NCBI RefSeq assembly: GCF_000142905.1
Contig: NW_013657651.1
Coordinates: 124,001-188,000, forward strand
Length of the DNA: 64,000 bases
Direction: 5' to 3'
Source: Thecamonas trahens ATCC 50062
Taxonomy: Eukaryota > Protista > Apusomonadida
Of the stretch, positions 51,946-62,208 are shown one piece after another. The position numbers and the translations under genes are program-made. How positions within the stretch are numbered: position 1 is the first letter of the stretch; each line of letters begins with the position of its first letter. The notes beneath the pieces were generated by a model. That model was given only the letters and a program-made list of their open reading frames with translations. It was not told the origin of the DNA and did no database searches.

Positions 51946-54213
51946 TCAGTGGTGGAGGCGGAGCGAGGCGCCGACGTCGTTGGGCAGAACAAACATTTCG
52001 CTTGCGGCTTCTTCGGCAGCCAGCTCGGCAGAGAACATGTGCTGTAGAAAGTACGCGATGTTGTGGTTGGCCTTGACGGACCAGACGACGTCCGGGGTGC
52101 CAGTGGACGACTCGGGTGAGACCTGCGAAAACTGGGCCATGTACTGGTGGTGGTTGAGGACAAAGCTCTCGAGCTCGTTTTCGAGCGGCGTCTTGGACCT
52201 GCTCTCGTTGAGCTCCCACTGGATGATAAAGGCCTCGAGGATGAAGGCGATGACGATGTTGATGATGATGAGGGCACCGATGACGTTGAACGAGATAAAG
52301 TAGAGCCAGGCTGCTTCGGTGCCTGAGGCGGCAACGTAGCCCTCGGCAATGACGTGCCAGTTGTTGACCACCATGAGCTCAAAGAGGGTGACGTACGCAT
52401 ATCCAACATCGTTGAACGAGTTGAGAAAGTAGCCCGAGTCGGCAAAGACGGTACCGGCAAGGTCCGGGTTGCCGTCGTGGATGAGGCCGCCAAAGAGGGC
52501 CATGCCAAGGATGGCGTACACAAAGAACACCATAAACTGGACAACGGCGTATGTGGCGAGTGCCGGGAGCAGCTGCCAGAGCGTCGACATGAGTACCCGG
52601 TACCGCTTGATCTCGCCCATGGTGGTCCACAGGCGGATGACTCGAAGGAGAAGGAGGTAGCGGAAGACATTGTTGAAGAACGAAGAAAAGGCGAGCGAGA
52701 CGACAATGTCCGAGAGAGTGAGGCTGACAAGGAGAAAGTCGAACCGGTTCCAGCCGTCAGCAAAGTAAAAGTCCGCGCCAAACGCCGAGATCTTGCACAC
52801 GGCTTCGAGGAAGAAGAGGCCAGAGAAGACCATTTCCGACGTCCGCTCCTCCTGGGGAATGTGCCGCCGCTGCGAGGAGACTTCGACGGCGACGAGGACC
52901 ACGTTGAGCACAATGAGTGCGTCGACAGTGTAGGCAAAGAGCCGCGACTGGACCAGGGCGCGCAAGCGCCGCATAGTAACCGACGACGAGCCTTGGACCG
53001 TGGTCCGCGAGCTTGTAGTTGTTGACGCGGTCGACCGGAGCGAGGCGAGCGAGGCAGCTCGGCCTTGGCGCGAGCTTGCGGCGCGAACCCGCGAGGCGTG
53101 CGAGAGCGCCGGGCCGAGGAGCGACGAGAGGAGCGAGGCCGTGGGCGAGGCCGTAGCGGCAAACATAGCCGGATCCCAGGTGTAGTGATGGCTCGGCGTC
53201 TCAGTCTCAATGTGCATGTTGAGCAGGTGCACGATGTTGAAGAACTGGTGCCGGTGCATGGCGCTTCCGCCCGAGGTGAGGACCCGAAAGAGGAGATGGA
53301 CCTTGGCGAGCGAGAAGCGTGGGCGGAGGAGCGCCATCATGACGCACCACTGATCAATGTCGAGCGAGCCGCGACAATCAGCGTCGAGGAGGGCAAAGGC
53401 TTGCGAGAGCGCGTCGCGCTGGAGCGCCAAAGCCAGCGCCTCCTCGTCTTTCATGTGATTGCGGTACTTGTTGTAGATGACGGCAAGGACGAGCGAGGTG
53501 AGCAGGTAGGTGGCGATGCAGAGAAATACGATAAAAACGAGAGCGGCAAGACGATTCTGGGAGTAGAACGGCATCATGACGTCCGGAAAGTTGGCCGTCG
53601 TGCGGAGGACGTACATCGAGGTAAAGCCCGTCCAGAACGAGGCAAAGTAGCCGACGTCGTCCTGCAGCGGGAGAAAGAGGACGGTGCAAAAGACCGAGTA
53701 GACCGCGATGAAGAAGAAGAGCAGGACAATGACATCGAGAACAGCCGGAATGGTCCGCCGGATGTCGCGGATGGCCGACCGGATGAACTTGGAGTTGTAC
53801 GAGATAAAGTAGACCCGGAGAATGCGGGTGAACCGCCACCCGTAGATGAGCCACCCGGCCATGTCCAAGGCCGTGACGAGGATGACCAGCGCAAGGCCGA
53901 CGTGCTTGGGGTCCGAGCTCAGCCGCCGATCAAGCCGCACAAACGAGCCGATCCATGCCAGCTGGCCGGCAAAGACCGCCAGAGTCGCTGCCTCGATGGC
54001 GAGAAGGAGCCAGGCTGGAAACGGGGCGACGACCGCCGGCTTCTCAAAGAGCACCAAGCTGAGGTTGACCACCACCACCAGCCGCAGCATCCACTGGACC
54101 ACGCCCGACTGGTAAATGACGTATCGCCGGAGCGCGCTTGCTTCCAGCGACTGTCCATAGTTGCGCCGGTGGACCGCGTCGTCGACCAGGACGCACGCCC
54201 GCAGCACGTCCAT
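51946..54213 (-). CDS. Two-pore channel (TPC); 5' end uncertain
   Basis: Two 6-TM repeats with pore 1 TTANFPDVMMP and pore 2 LFELMVVNNW, S4 segments WRFTRILR and RYLLLLRVIRL, and an EF-hand-like linker FALLDADCRGSL. Confidence 0.92.
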   Translation of the reverse strand: MDVLRACVLVDDAVHRRNYGQSLEASALRRYVIYQSGVVQWMLRLVVVVNLSLVLFEKPAVVAPFPAWLLLAIEAATLAVFAGQLAWIGSFVRLDRRLSSDPKHVGLALVILVTALDMAGWLIYGWRFTRILRVYFISYNSKFIRSAIRDIRRTIPAVLDVIVLLFFFIAVYSVFCTVLFLPLQDDVGYFASFWTGFTSMYVLRTTANFPDVMMPFYSQNRLAALVFIVFLCIATYLLTSLVLAVIYNKYRNHMKDEEALALALQRDALSQAFALLDADCRGSLDIDQWCVMMALLRPRFSLAKVHLLFRVLTSGGSAMHRHQFFNIVHLLNMHIETETPSHHYTWDPAMFAATASPTASLLSSLLGPALSHASRVRAASSRQGRAASLASLRSTASTTTSSRTTVQGSSSVTMRRLRALVQSRLFAYTVDALIVLNVVLVAVEVSSQRRHIPQEERTSEMVFSGLFFLEAVCKISAFGADFYFADGWNRFDFLLVSLTLSDIVVSLAFSSFFNNVFRYLLLLRVIRLWTTMGEIKRYRVLMSTLWQLLPALATYAVVQFMVFFVYAILGMALFGGLIHDGNPDLAGTVFADSGYFLNSFNDVGYAYVTLFELMVVNNWHVIAEGYVAASGTEAAWLYFISFNVIGALIIINIVIAFILEAFIIQWELNESRSKTPLENELESFVLNHHQYMAQFSQVSPESSTGTPDVVWSVKANHNIAYFLQHMFSAELAAEEAASEMFVLPNDVGASLRLHH

Positions 54214-54486
54214 ACCTCGCCCGTCAGTGGGGGCGTGTGTGTGCATGGGGAGGGGGGGGGGGAGGGAGGTGAGGTGTGGTGGGGTTGAGGAGAGTGGGAG
54301 TAGGAGAGGCACCGAGCGCGGGGCGGGCGCGGGGCGGGCGCGGGTGGAGCGATGGTTGCGTCGAGGGAGCAAGGAAGGCGGGGATAGAAGTTGGAAGGGT
54401 AGGGGGAAAGGGGGGGGGGGGAGGAGGAGGAGGAGCACGAGGTATGAGCCTTGTATTTGTGCAAATGATAGGGCGCAAGGGACATA

Positions 54487-55487
54487 TTACTCCGCGTCGG
54501 CAGCGGCGTCGTCGGCAGCGGCGTCGTCGGCAGCGGCGTCACCGGCAGCGGCGTCGTCGGCAGCGGCGTCACCGGCAGCGGCATCGTCGCCACCAGAGGC
54601 GGCAGCGGCATCGCCGCTGAGCTTGCCGTTGAGCGAGTTGTAGTCCTCGTCCGAGAAGTCACCCTTCTTCGCCTCAAGCAGGGCAGCAGGCGTCTGGCCA
54701 GCCTCGTTGGTAGTGGCAACCGAAGCACCGGCATCCACGAGCTTGACACCAGCCGCAGCCTTGCCGGCGTTGATGGCCTGGTGCAGCGGCGTGTTGCCGC
54801 CCTCGCCAGCCTTGTTGACGTCGGCCTTGCCGGCAGCCATGATGAGGTCAAACACCGCACCCTCACCGTCCTGTATAGACACCAGACTGAGTGAGTAACC
54901 TTCTCCTGCACAACCACATCAAAGATATCATGCTTCGCCCTGCCCGCACATCACCCGCGCCCGACATGTGCCAAAAAGCGGCTCTAAGCGTAGAGACTGT
55001 GATGGAGACGCGCAAGGGGGGGGGCAGTAGAGAAGGTCGCTGTAAAGACATCCGAAAAAGGCTGCGTATTCGTAACGGCGTGATCACGCGGGGGCAAGGG
55101 GGGGGGGACACAAGCACGTACGTAGTTGGTGATGGCAAGGGAGAGGAGCTCATCGTAGTTGAGGACGTAGTTGGCGTTCTTGTCAACCTCCATGAAGATC
55201 TTGGTCTTCTTCTCGTCGTCTGTGGGGCGTAACATGGGTGAGTATGTGTGGGTGGGTGGGGGGGGGGGGGGGGGCGAACTTTGGAACGTCGCCAGGGGCC
55301 TTTGGGGTGGTTGATGGCAAAAAATGGCCTTTCTCGCATTCTCTCTCTCTCTGCCTCGCTCTCTCTCTCTCTCTCGCGCGCACGTACTGGACTCCACAGC
55401 AGAGACGACCTGCTCCTGGAACTTGGACGGGTCCTCAGCCAGCTTGGCCAGACCCTTGGACTTGAGCTTGTTAAGCTTGGCACCCAT
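54487..55487 (-). CDS. Small protein with MG N-terminus, EF-hand-like loop, ankyrin repeats and acidic DAAA tail; exons 55487-55388, 55219-55122, 54870-54487
   Basis: Two GTACGT...CAG introns join in phase (phase 1, then phase 0). Motifs MGAKLNKLKSK, FMEVDKNANYVLNYDEL, GNTPLHQAI and GQTPAAL. Confidence 0.8.
54495..54615 (-). repeat. 15-bp coding tandem repeat encoding (D/G)DAAA
   Basis: (gtcggcagcggcgtc)n on the + strand. Confidence 0.85.
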
Positions 55488-56083
55488 GTTGTGTATGTAA
55501 GCGTCGAGTGTAGGCGTAGATGGCCGACCATCGTCCAACAACCCCCGCGGCCGTTGCGCGCCCGGTTCGTCGGCCACTTTGACCGATTGGGGGCGGAGAA
55601 ATGCGCCGACAGGCAGGCACACTCACCCCTACCCTCCGCACACTCATTCGCGCCGCTGTCAGTCGTTGCTGATGGAAGTAGTGCCTGTTCTCCAACAGAC
55701 GGTCTCCTCTTGTCGCAGTTCGGCCATGGTATCCCGATCTGTTGCCAGGCTCCCGCCCGGCGAGGCAGATGGCGCAGCCGGCCCTAGGTGGCGGAGCGTT
55801 GTCGCCGCCAACTCGGGGGATGAGGCATCTGTAGAGTCGGTTGCCCTGATCTGAAGTCGGTGGTCCTGATCTGTGCGGCAAGATGAGGCGCTACGAGGAC
55901 CAAGTCGAAGCAGTCGGCTGCAGCAGCCTTGACTCTGACCCAGCCATCATGACGCCATCGCTGACCAGCTTCCAGTCACGAGTCCTCTCGCGCAGGCAAG
56001 CACGCAGCTGGGCGCATGGTGCACGTTGCATCTCACTCCTCCTTTTGCGCGGAGCCGTGCACTACGCTTGGACACGAAACGGC

Positions 56084-57495
56084 ATGCTTAATCCTGGCAA
56101 CAAGGAGGCGTGTAGTCGGGAATGCTCAGGCTCGGGCTCAAGCTCGAGCTGGGGCTCGGGCTCGGGCTCCGACTTTGGCTCTAGCTCGGGCACGATCACG
56201 ACTATCAAGGCGCACAGCTCCGAGACTGGGCCAACAACGCTCGAGTACGATCGATATATGTTGGTCCAGCTCCTACTGCTGTCGCTCGCGTTCTGTGTCG
56301 GCCAGATCACCGTCTTTGTCAACGTGTCCGCAGCGGTGAAGACGGCCAAGGCCATCGGCGGGGCCAAGGTGTCAACGCTCCCGCTCGGGGTGCTGCTGAT
56401 GGCATCAGCGATGTCATCGGAACTTGCAGCTCGTGCCCAGGCGGCGTGGGGCCGGCGGCGGACGTTTGTGATGGCGGCGGCGATGGGCGCGATCGGCGCA
56501 GGCCTCTCGCTCACCGGCGTGGTCCGCGGCTCAATGGTGCTGTACACGCTTGGTTTTGTGCCTCAGGGTGCCACCGCTGCATTTGTTAATCAGTTTCGCT
56601 TTGCCGCTGTTGACATGGCTTCGCTCTCATTCCGCCCGTACGCGCTGGCGATGGTCATCGGCGGAGCAGTCGGCGCTGCGCTGGTCGCACCCGAGGCCGC
56701 CACCTCGGGCCGCCATCTGCTTTCCACCGAGTATGCTGGCATATATGTCATCCTCTTGTGCGTCTTTGTCATTCTGGCCGTCATCGTTGCCGTCATTGAC
56801 TACACTCCATTCGCGGCTCGCAGGCCGGGATGCGAGGCCGCAGCCGCTGCCGAGACTGCGACTGAGCCATCCGCCTCAGGCGAGAATGACAGTGCTCACA
56901 CTGCCGCAGTCCGGTCGCGGTGGGTCATTTTTTCCCAGCGCCAGCTGGTGGCCCCGCTTGTCGGCCAAGCCGCGGCGTACTCGGTGATGGCGGTGCTTAT
57001 GGTCGGCGCACCGCTGCCGATGGACGATGCCGGGCACTCGTTCGGCGATGTGGCCCGTGTTGTCCAGGCCCACATCCTCGGCATGTTCCTGCCCTCGTGG
57101 TTTGTCACTGGCTTTCTCATCCGCTCCTTCGGCCTCCACACGGTGGCACTGGGCGGAATGGCGGTCCTGGCCGCTGGCGCTGGCCTGCTGCTACTCGGCT
57201 CAAGCATGGCCATCTTTGTCACCGCCCTCGCTGTCATCGGCGTCGGCTGGAACTTTGCCTTTATTGCTTCGACCCAGCTCGTCACCCTCGCCTACACTCC
57301 AGCAGAGCGGTACGTGGTGCTCGGCATCAACGATTTTGTGGTCTTTTCCTCACCGGCCTCGCGCTCCTCGGCACCGGATTCCTAATTGTCGCCACCACGT
57401 GGCCATTTGTTGTCATCCTCTCCCTCACTATTCTCGTCGCCGCCAGCGGCGCACTGGCTGCCAACGGCATGCACCATCACTATATTGAGTCTTAG
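56084..57495 (+). CDS. MFS transporter (bacterial RfnT-like subgroup); start uncertain (55883, 56084 or 56258); frameshift at about 57345
   Basis: About 12 TM helices with WGRRRTF, QFRFAAVD, HILGMFLPSWFVTGFLIRSFG and GVGWNFAFIAST. One extra T restores the last TM helices, ending HHHYIES*. Confidence 0.85.
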
Positions 57496-57534
57496 CTCGC
57501 CCTCTTGCGGCTCTTGCCCTACCCTCCATTGCAA

Positions 57535-57794
57535 TGCGACGATGCGTTGCGCACCGCCGGTCGCATCTGGAGCCGACAACTCTCAGCCCTTGCAGTTGTG
57601 CGCGTGATTGGCAGTACTGGTGCGACCAGGCCGCCCAGCTCATCCGCCTGCTCGCCTTTGACAAGAACAAGGTCACCGTCGCCATCCGCATCTATCCGCA
57701 CATCGCCGACCGGGGCAACTTTGAGGACGTCGTCCTCGATGCTCTCGACTTTTCCTCGTCCAAGGACCAGGTCAAGGAGGAGCTCCGGATCTGA
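57535..57794 (+). CDS. DUF4476-like small domain; start or upstream exon not resolved
   Basis: CDQAAQLIRLLAFDKNKVTVAIRIYPHIADRGNFEDVVLDALDFSSSKDQVKEEL matches the DUF4476 pattern (C.QA..L...F.FD..K......YP.I.D..NF.......F.S.K). Confidence 0.6.
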
Positions 57795-58253
57795 CCTGGT
57801 TTACCGTCGTTTCGCTGGCTAGTTAACATACCCCCCCCTCTCGACCTTGAGGGTATTACGGCATATTCTTGAGATATACTCGCCTCTCGGGGCTGTGCCA
57901 GTAGTGATGACCTCGATTGTCACTGTGCGATTGTCCTGCGGGCAAACGCTCATACGCTGCCTCCACGAGTCTCGGACTCCCCACACCGTGTAGGCGACCA
58001 ACATCGGCACAGTGACAGACTCTCAAACAGTGCGACGGGGAAAGAGGATGAGATGGGTGAAGGGGGAGGTGAGCGGAGAGTACGAAAAGATGGCGGATAG
58101 CATACGATGCGATGAGGCGGATCGGATCCGGCCGGGTGGGCTGGGTGCGGGCGTGGAGGTTGCCGAGGAAGGATGGTCCCAAGTTGGCCGGATCCCACCA
58201 GCGCCACCCAGTCACAGTCACGTCGACACCCCACTCTCCCCCTCTCCCCAAAC

Positions 58254-58828
58254 ATGTTCCGCATTACCCCGATGGCCAGCACGCTCACGCGCGCGTTCAC
58301 GACCGCCTCTGCGGCGCTTGCCCCCGAGGCAGTTGGCGTTGTCAAGTGGTTCAACTCCACCAAGGGCTTTGGCTTTATCGAGGTCGAGGGCGCCAACGAC
58401 GTCTTTGTCCACTACTCGGCCATCAAGGGCGACAACGACGGCTTCCGCACCCTCATCGAGGGCCAGGAGGTCGAGTTCGACATCTCCCCGAGTACGCACC
58501 CTCCCTCCCCCCCCTCCTCCCGCTCTCCCCCTCCCCCTTCTCCTCCTTCTTCTTTGCACCTGTTTGCCTCTTCTTGCCCCTCCCCCCCCTTGCCACCCCG
58601 TGCCGCCCCTCCTGGCGAGAGCCCACCATCCCGTCCCGCATCCTGCCGCGTCGCATTCTCGCAACCCCCCCCCTTCCACATACACGCACAAACCCATGCA
58701 CACTTGAACTGGCGCACCCCATCCACTTACCCACTCACCCCTCCCTCCTCTCCCTCGTTTCTCTGTCGTATACAGCTGAGCGTGGCCCGCAGGCCCAGAA
58801 CGTGACGGTCGTCCACGCGGACTGGTAA
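58254..58828 (+). CDS. Single-domain cold-shock protein (CspA-like) with putative mitochondrial presequence; exons 58254-58491 and 58776-58828
   Basis: [15 protein letters not shown] (RNP1) and DVFVHYSAI (RNP2). The intron GTACGC...TACAG restores [10 protein letters not shown]. Confidence 0.92.
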
Positions 58829-59128
58829 TATGGCTGCCGACGGCAGGAGCGAACCTGGCTGGGACTGGATGGGACGGAGCAGGGTGGGCATTGTCCTCCT
58901 CTTTCTCTCTTCCTCTCTCCCCCCTCCCCCTTCGCCGCTCTCCCGTCTCCTGCCGCCCCCCCCTTCCGCCCATCAACTACGCGCTTGCTGATGCTGCTGT
59001 CCAAGCACATGCTCCTTCCGACCTCGATCTGTTCTGCTCTGCTTTGCTCTGCCGACAATGTCAACGTGGGTTGCTTCTTGAATTAACATTATCCGCCATG
59101 GCCAGCACTAAGCTTTCCCTTGGCCCCG

Positions 59129-60469
59129 CTAGGCCAAAGGATCCAGCGCGTCGTCGTACGACAAGCACAACGACGAGTCGGAGAGCGAGGCCCGGCTCAG
59201 CGCGAGGCCGCGGACAGCATCAAGCGCGCCGAGATGGTCCAGAGCGAGCCGGGTGGCCAGGAGCGGAAAGCCGTGGTGAGCCAGCGGCGACGGCTCCGGC
59301 TCGACAACCGCAAGCACCGTCGCCTTGCCACAGCGGATGACGTCGCCCGGCTTGACGATGACCGGAGAGCCGGGAACAACGCGGGTCCACTCGATGCTCG
59401 ACGGGTGGTACGTCGACGTTCCCGTCCACAGGCCTCCCACAAAGGCGGCGACAGGGTCAAAGTTGGTCGAGACCCAGGTGCCGGTCGACGACATGTCGAC
59501 CAGCACAAACGAGCCCAGCTCGGACTGGTACTGGATCTGGGCGTGCGCTCGCGAGAGATTGTTCTCGGCATCATGGATGACCAGCGTCGAAAGCAGCCGG
59601 TGCCGGCCCACCACGCAGCCAAGATCATTGACGCAGATCCGCACCCCGACGTCCGGCCCGGCCGCCACCTGCAAGTCCATTCGGGGACACGGCGCCCGCC
59701 ATCCGCGCGCGTCGACCAACGGCGCGCCCGGCGCCATGGTCCTTGCCTCTCCGGCAACCACCACGTCGCGAACGTAGAACACGCACGCCGCAGCCTTGAA
59801 GAACGAGCCCGGCTCCAGCCGCGCAGAGCGCGCGTCTCGCGTCCCCGCAGGCATGCCGGCGTCGCCGATGAACTCGTACTGCAGCGGCCGTGCGTCCGCC
59901 GGTGACCGCGTCGCCCGAGACGCATACGTTCCGTTGAGCGAGCCGCAGTCAAAGAGGAAGAACCCGCTTCGCTGCTGACACCACACCACCGCGCAGTGGA
60001 GCTTGGACATGGTCGGGCAAACAACAACCACGTCGGCCCGCGCCTCACGGCACGCCCGCCCCAGCACCGTCAGCCGGCCTGCCACCACCACACGCACCCC
60101 CATCCCAGTCGTCTCCACCCCATCTCCGCCCGCAGCCTCGCCATTCAGTTCCACCAGCGGCGCCGCCGTGCACTCACCCAGCACCTCCAGCACCAGCACC
60201 GCCTCATCGCCATCGCTGCCATCGCCTTCACCGCCCACGCCCCATCCCCGACTCGGGCTCCGACTCTGGCTCCGGCTCTGGCCTCGGCTTCGACTCTGGC
60301 TCCGGCTCCGGTTCCGACTCTGGCTCCGACTCTGACTCCGACTGCGACTTGTCCGCCCCTGTCGCTCTCGCTGGTCGCCTCGGTCCTGCCCGCACCCACC
60401 CCTGCTCGAGCAACCGCAGGTGGCCGCCTCCCTGGCGGGCGCACTCCGCGGCGACGCATGAGCAGACAT
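59129..60469 (-). CDS. Tandem FHA-domain protein; 5' end and frame of the low-complexity region uncertain
   Basis: FHA1 LGR..MSKLHC..DCGSLNGTY and FHA2 VGR..LSRAHAQI..DMSSTGTWV..PGDVIRCG. Confidence 0.82.
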   Translation of the reverse strand: MSAHASPRSAPAREAATCGCSSRGGCGQDRGDQRERQGRTSRSRSQSRSQSRNRSRSQSRSRGQSRSQSRSPSRGWGVGGEGDGSDGDEAVLVLEVLGECTAAPLVELNGEAAGGDGVETTGMGVRVVVAGRLTVLGRACREARADVVVVCPTMSKLHCAVVWCQQRSGFFLFDCGSLNGTYASRATRSPADARPLQYEFIGDAGMPAGTRDARSARLEPGSFFKAAACVFYVRDVVVAGEARTMAPGAPLVDARGWRAPCPRMDLQVAAGPDVGVRICVNDLGCVVGRHRLLSTLVIHDAENNLSRAHAQIQYQSELGSFVLVDMSSTGTWVSTNFDPVAAFVGGLWTGTSTYHPSSIEWTRVVPGSPVIVKPGDVIRCGKATVLAVVEPEPSPLAHHGFPLLATRLALDHLGALDAVRGLALSRASLSDSSLCLSYDDALDPLA

Positions 60470-60571
60470 ACTTTCTCCACAGCAACCGGTAGCACCTTAT
60501 AGGTGGGTACGTATGAGCGAGAGGTGTTTGTCTGTGTCGATGATGGTAGGGTAGGTTTTTTTTTTTTTTTT

Positions 60572-61112
60572 NNNNNNNNNNNNNNNNNNNNNNNNNNNNN
60601 NNNNNNNNNNNNNNNNNNNNNNNNNNNNNNNNNNNNNNNNNNNNNNNNNNNNNNNNNNNNNNNNNNNNNNNNNNNNNNNNNNNNNNNNNNNNNNNNNNNN
60701 NNNNNNNNNNNNNNNNNNNNNNNNNNNNNNNNNNNNNNNNNNNNNNNNNNNNNNNNNNNNNNNNNNNNNNNNNNNNNNNNNNNNNNNNNNNNNNNNNNNN
60801 NNNNNNNNNNNNNNNNNNNNNNNNNNNNNNNNNNNNNNNNNNNNNNNNNNNNNNNNNNNNNNNNNNNNNNNNNNNNNNNNNNNNNNNNNNNNNNNNNNNN
60901 NNNNNNNNNNNNNNNNNNNNNNNNNNNNNNNNNNNNNNNNNNNNNNNNNNNNNNNNNNNNNNNNNNNNNNNNNNNNNNNNNNNNNNNNNNNNNNNNNNNN
61001 NNNNNNNNNNNNNNNNNNNNNNNNNNNNNNNNNNNNNNNNNNNNNNNNNNNNNNNNNNNNNNNNNNNNNNNNNNNNNNNNNNNNNNNNNNNNNNNNNNNN
61101 NNNNNNNNNNNN
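60572..61112. other. Assembly gap
   Basis: Run of N. Confidence 1.
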
Positions 61113-61171
61113 CCACGCCGCCCCCCCCCCCCCTCCCAACCCGCACCCCCCCTTACACCCCACGCGCACAG

Positions 61172-62110
61172 AGTCGGCATTCAAGCAGCAGACGCTCAAG
61201 GCGTGGCAGCCCATCCTCACGCCCAAGACCGTCATTCCGTCGTTTTTCATCATCGGCATCATCTTTGTCCCGCTCGGCGTCCTTCTGCTCGTGGCGTCCA
61301 ACTCGGTCATCGAAGTCAAGGCCGACTACACGGATGGGTGCATTCCCCGTCCAACGCCGATGGCACGCTCGGCGTGTCAAACTGCACCGTCTCGATGACG
61401 GTGACCAAGCAGATGAAGGCACCTGTCTACGTCTACTACGAGCTCACAAACTACTATCAGAACCACCGCCGCTACGTCAAGTCGCGCAACGACGCCCAGC
61501 TCCGTGGCGAGCCGCCAACGTCGTTCTCCAAGCTTGAGGACTGCACGCCGCGGATCTCGGCATCGGGCGACGAGAGCGACCCGTCGAACTTCTTCCTCCC
61601 TGTGGCCTCATTGCGTGGTCGCGGTTCAACGACACGTTTACCCTTTACCGCCCCACCTCGGGCGCCCGCGTCGACTGGACCAAGGACGGCGTTGCCTGGG
61701 AGTCGGATCTCAAGACCAAGTTCAAGCAGCCGCCGGCATCCGCCCCTGGCAAGCGCCTCTACAACCCGGACGGCTCTGAGCTCCAGTTCACCGATCCGGA
61801 CTTTGTCGTCTGGATGCGCACCGCAGGCCTGCCGCACTTTCGCAAGCTCCATCGCGTCATCAACTCGGACCTCAACCCGGGCACGTACACCATGGCCATC
61901 AACTCGCGCTTCCCTGTCAAGCAGTTTGACGGCACAAAGTCCGTCGTCCTCTCCACCACCTCGTGGATGGGCGGCAAGAACTCGTTCCTCGGTCTTGCCT
62001 ACATCATCGTCGGTTCGCTCTGCATCCTCCTCGGCGTTGTCTTCCTCGTCGCCAACATTGTCAAGCCGCGCAACCTCGGCGACCAGCGCTACCTCGTGTG
62101 GCAGCAGTAA
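61172..62110 (+). CDS. CDC50: CDC50/LEM3 flippase beta subunit; first exon in the gap; frameshifts at about 61346 and 61599
   Basis: [34 protein letters not shown], (PC)[41 protein letters not shown]. Confidence 0.93.
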
Positions 62111-62208
62111 CTGCCCACGCTCTGAACAGTTGCTACGTAGTGTACCACACAACCAAAGAAGAGTAACACAATCATCGGGGTCTCCTGCTCGATATGCCTG
62201 CCACTTTA

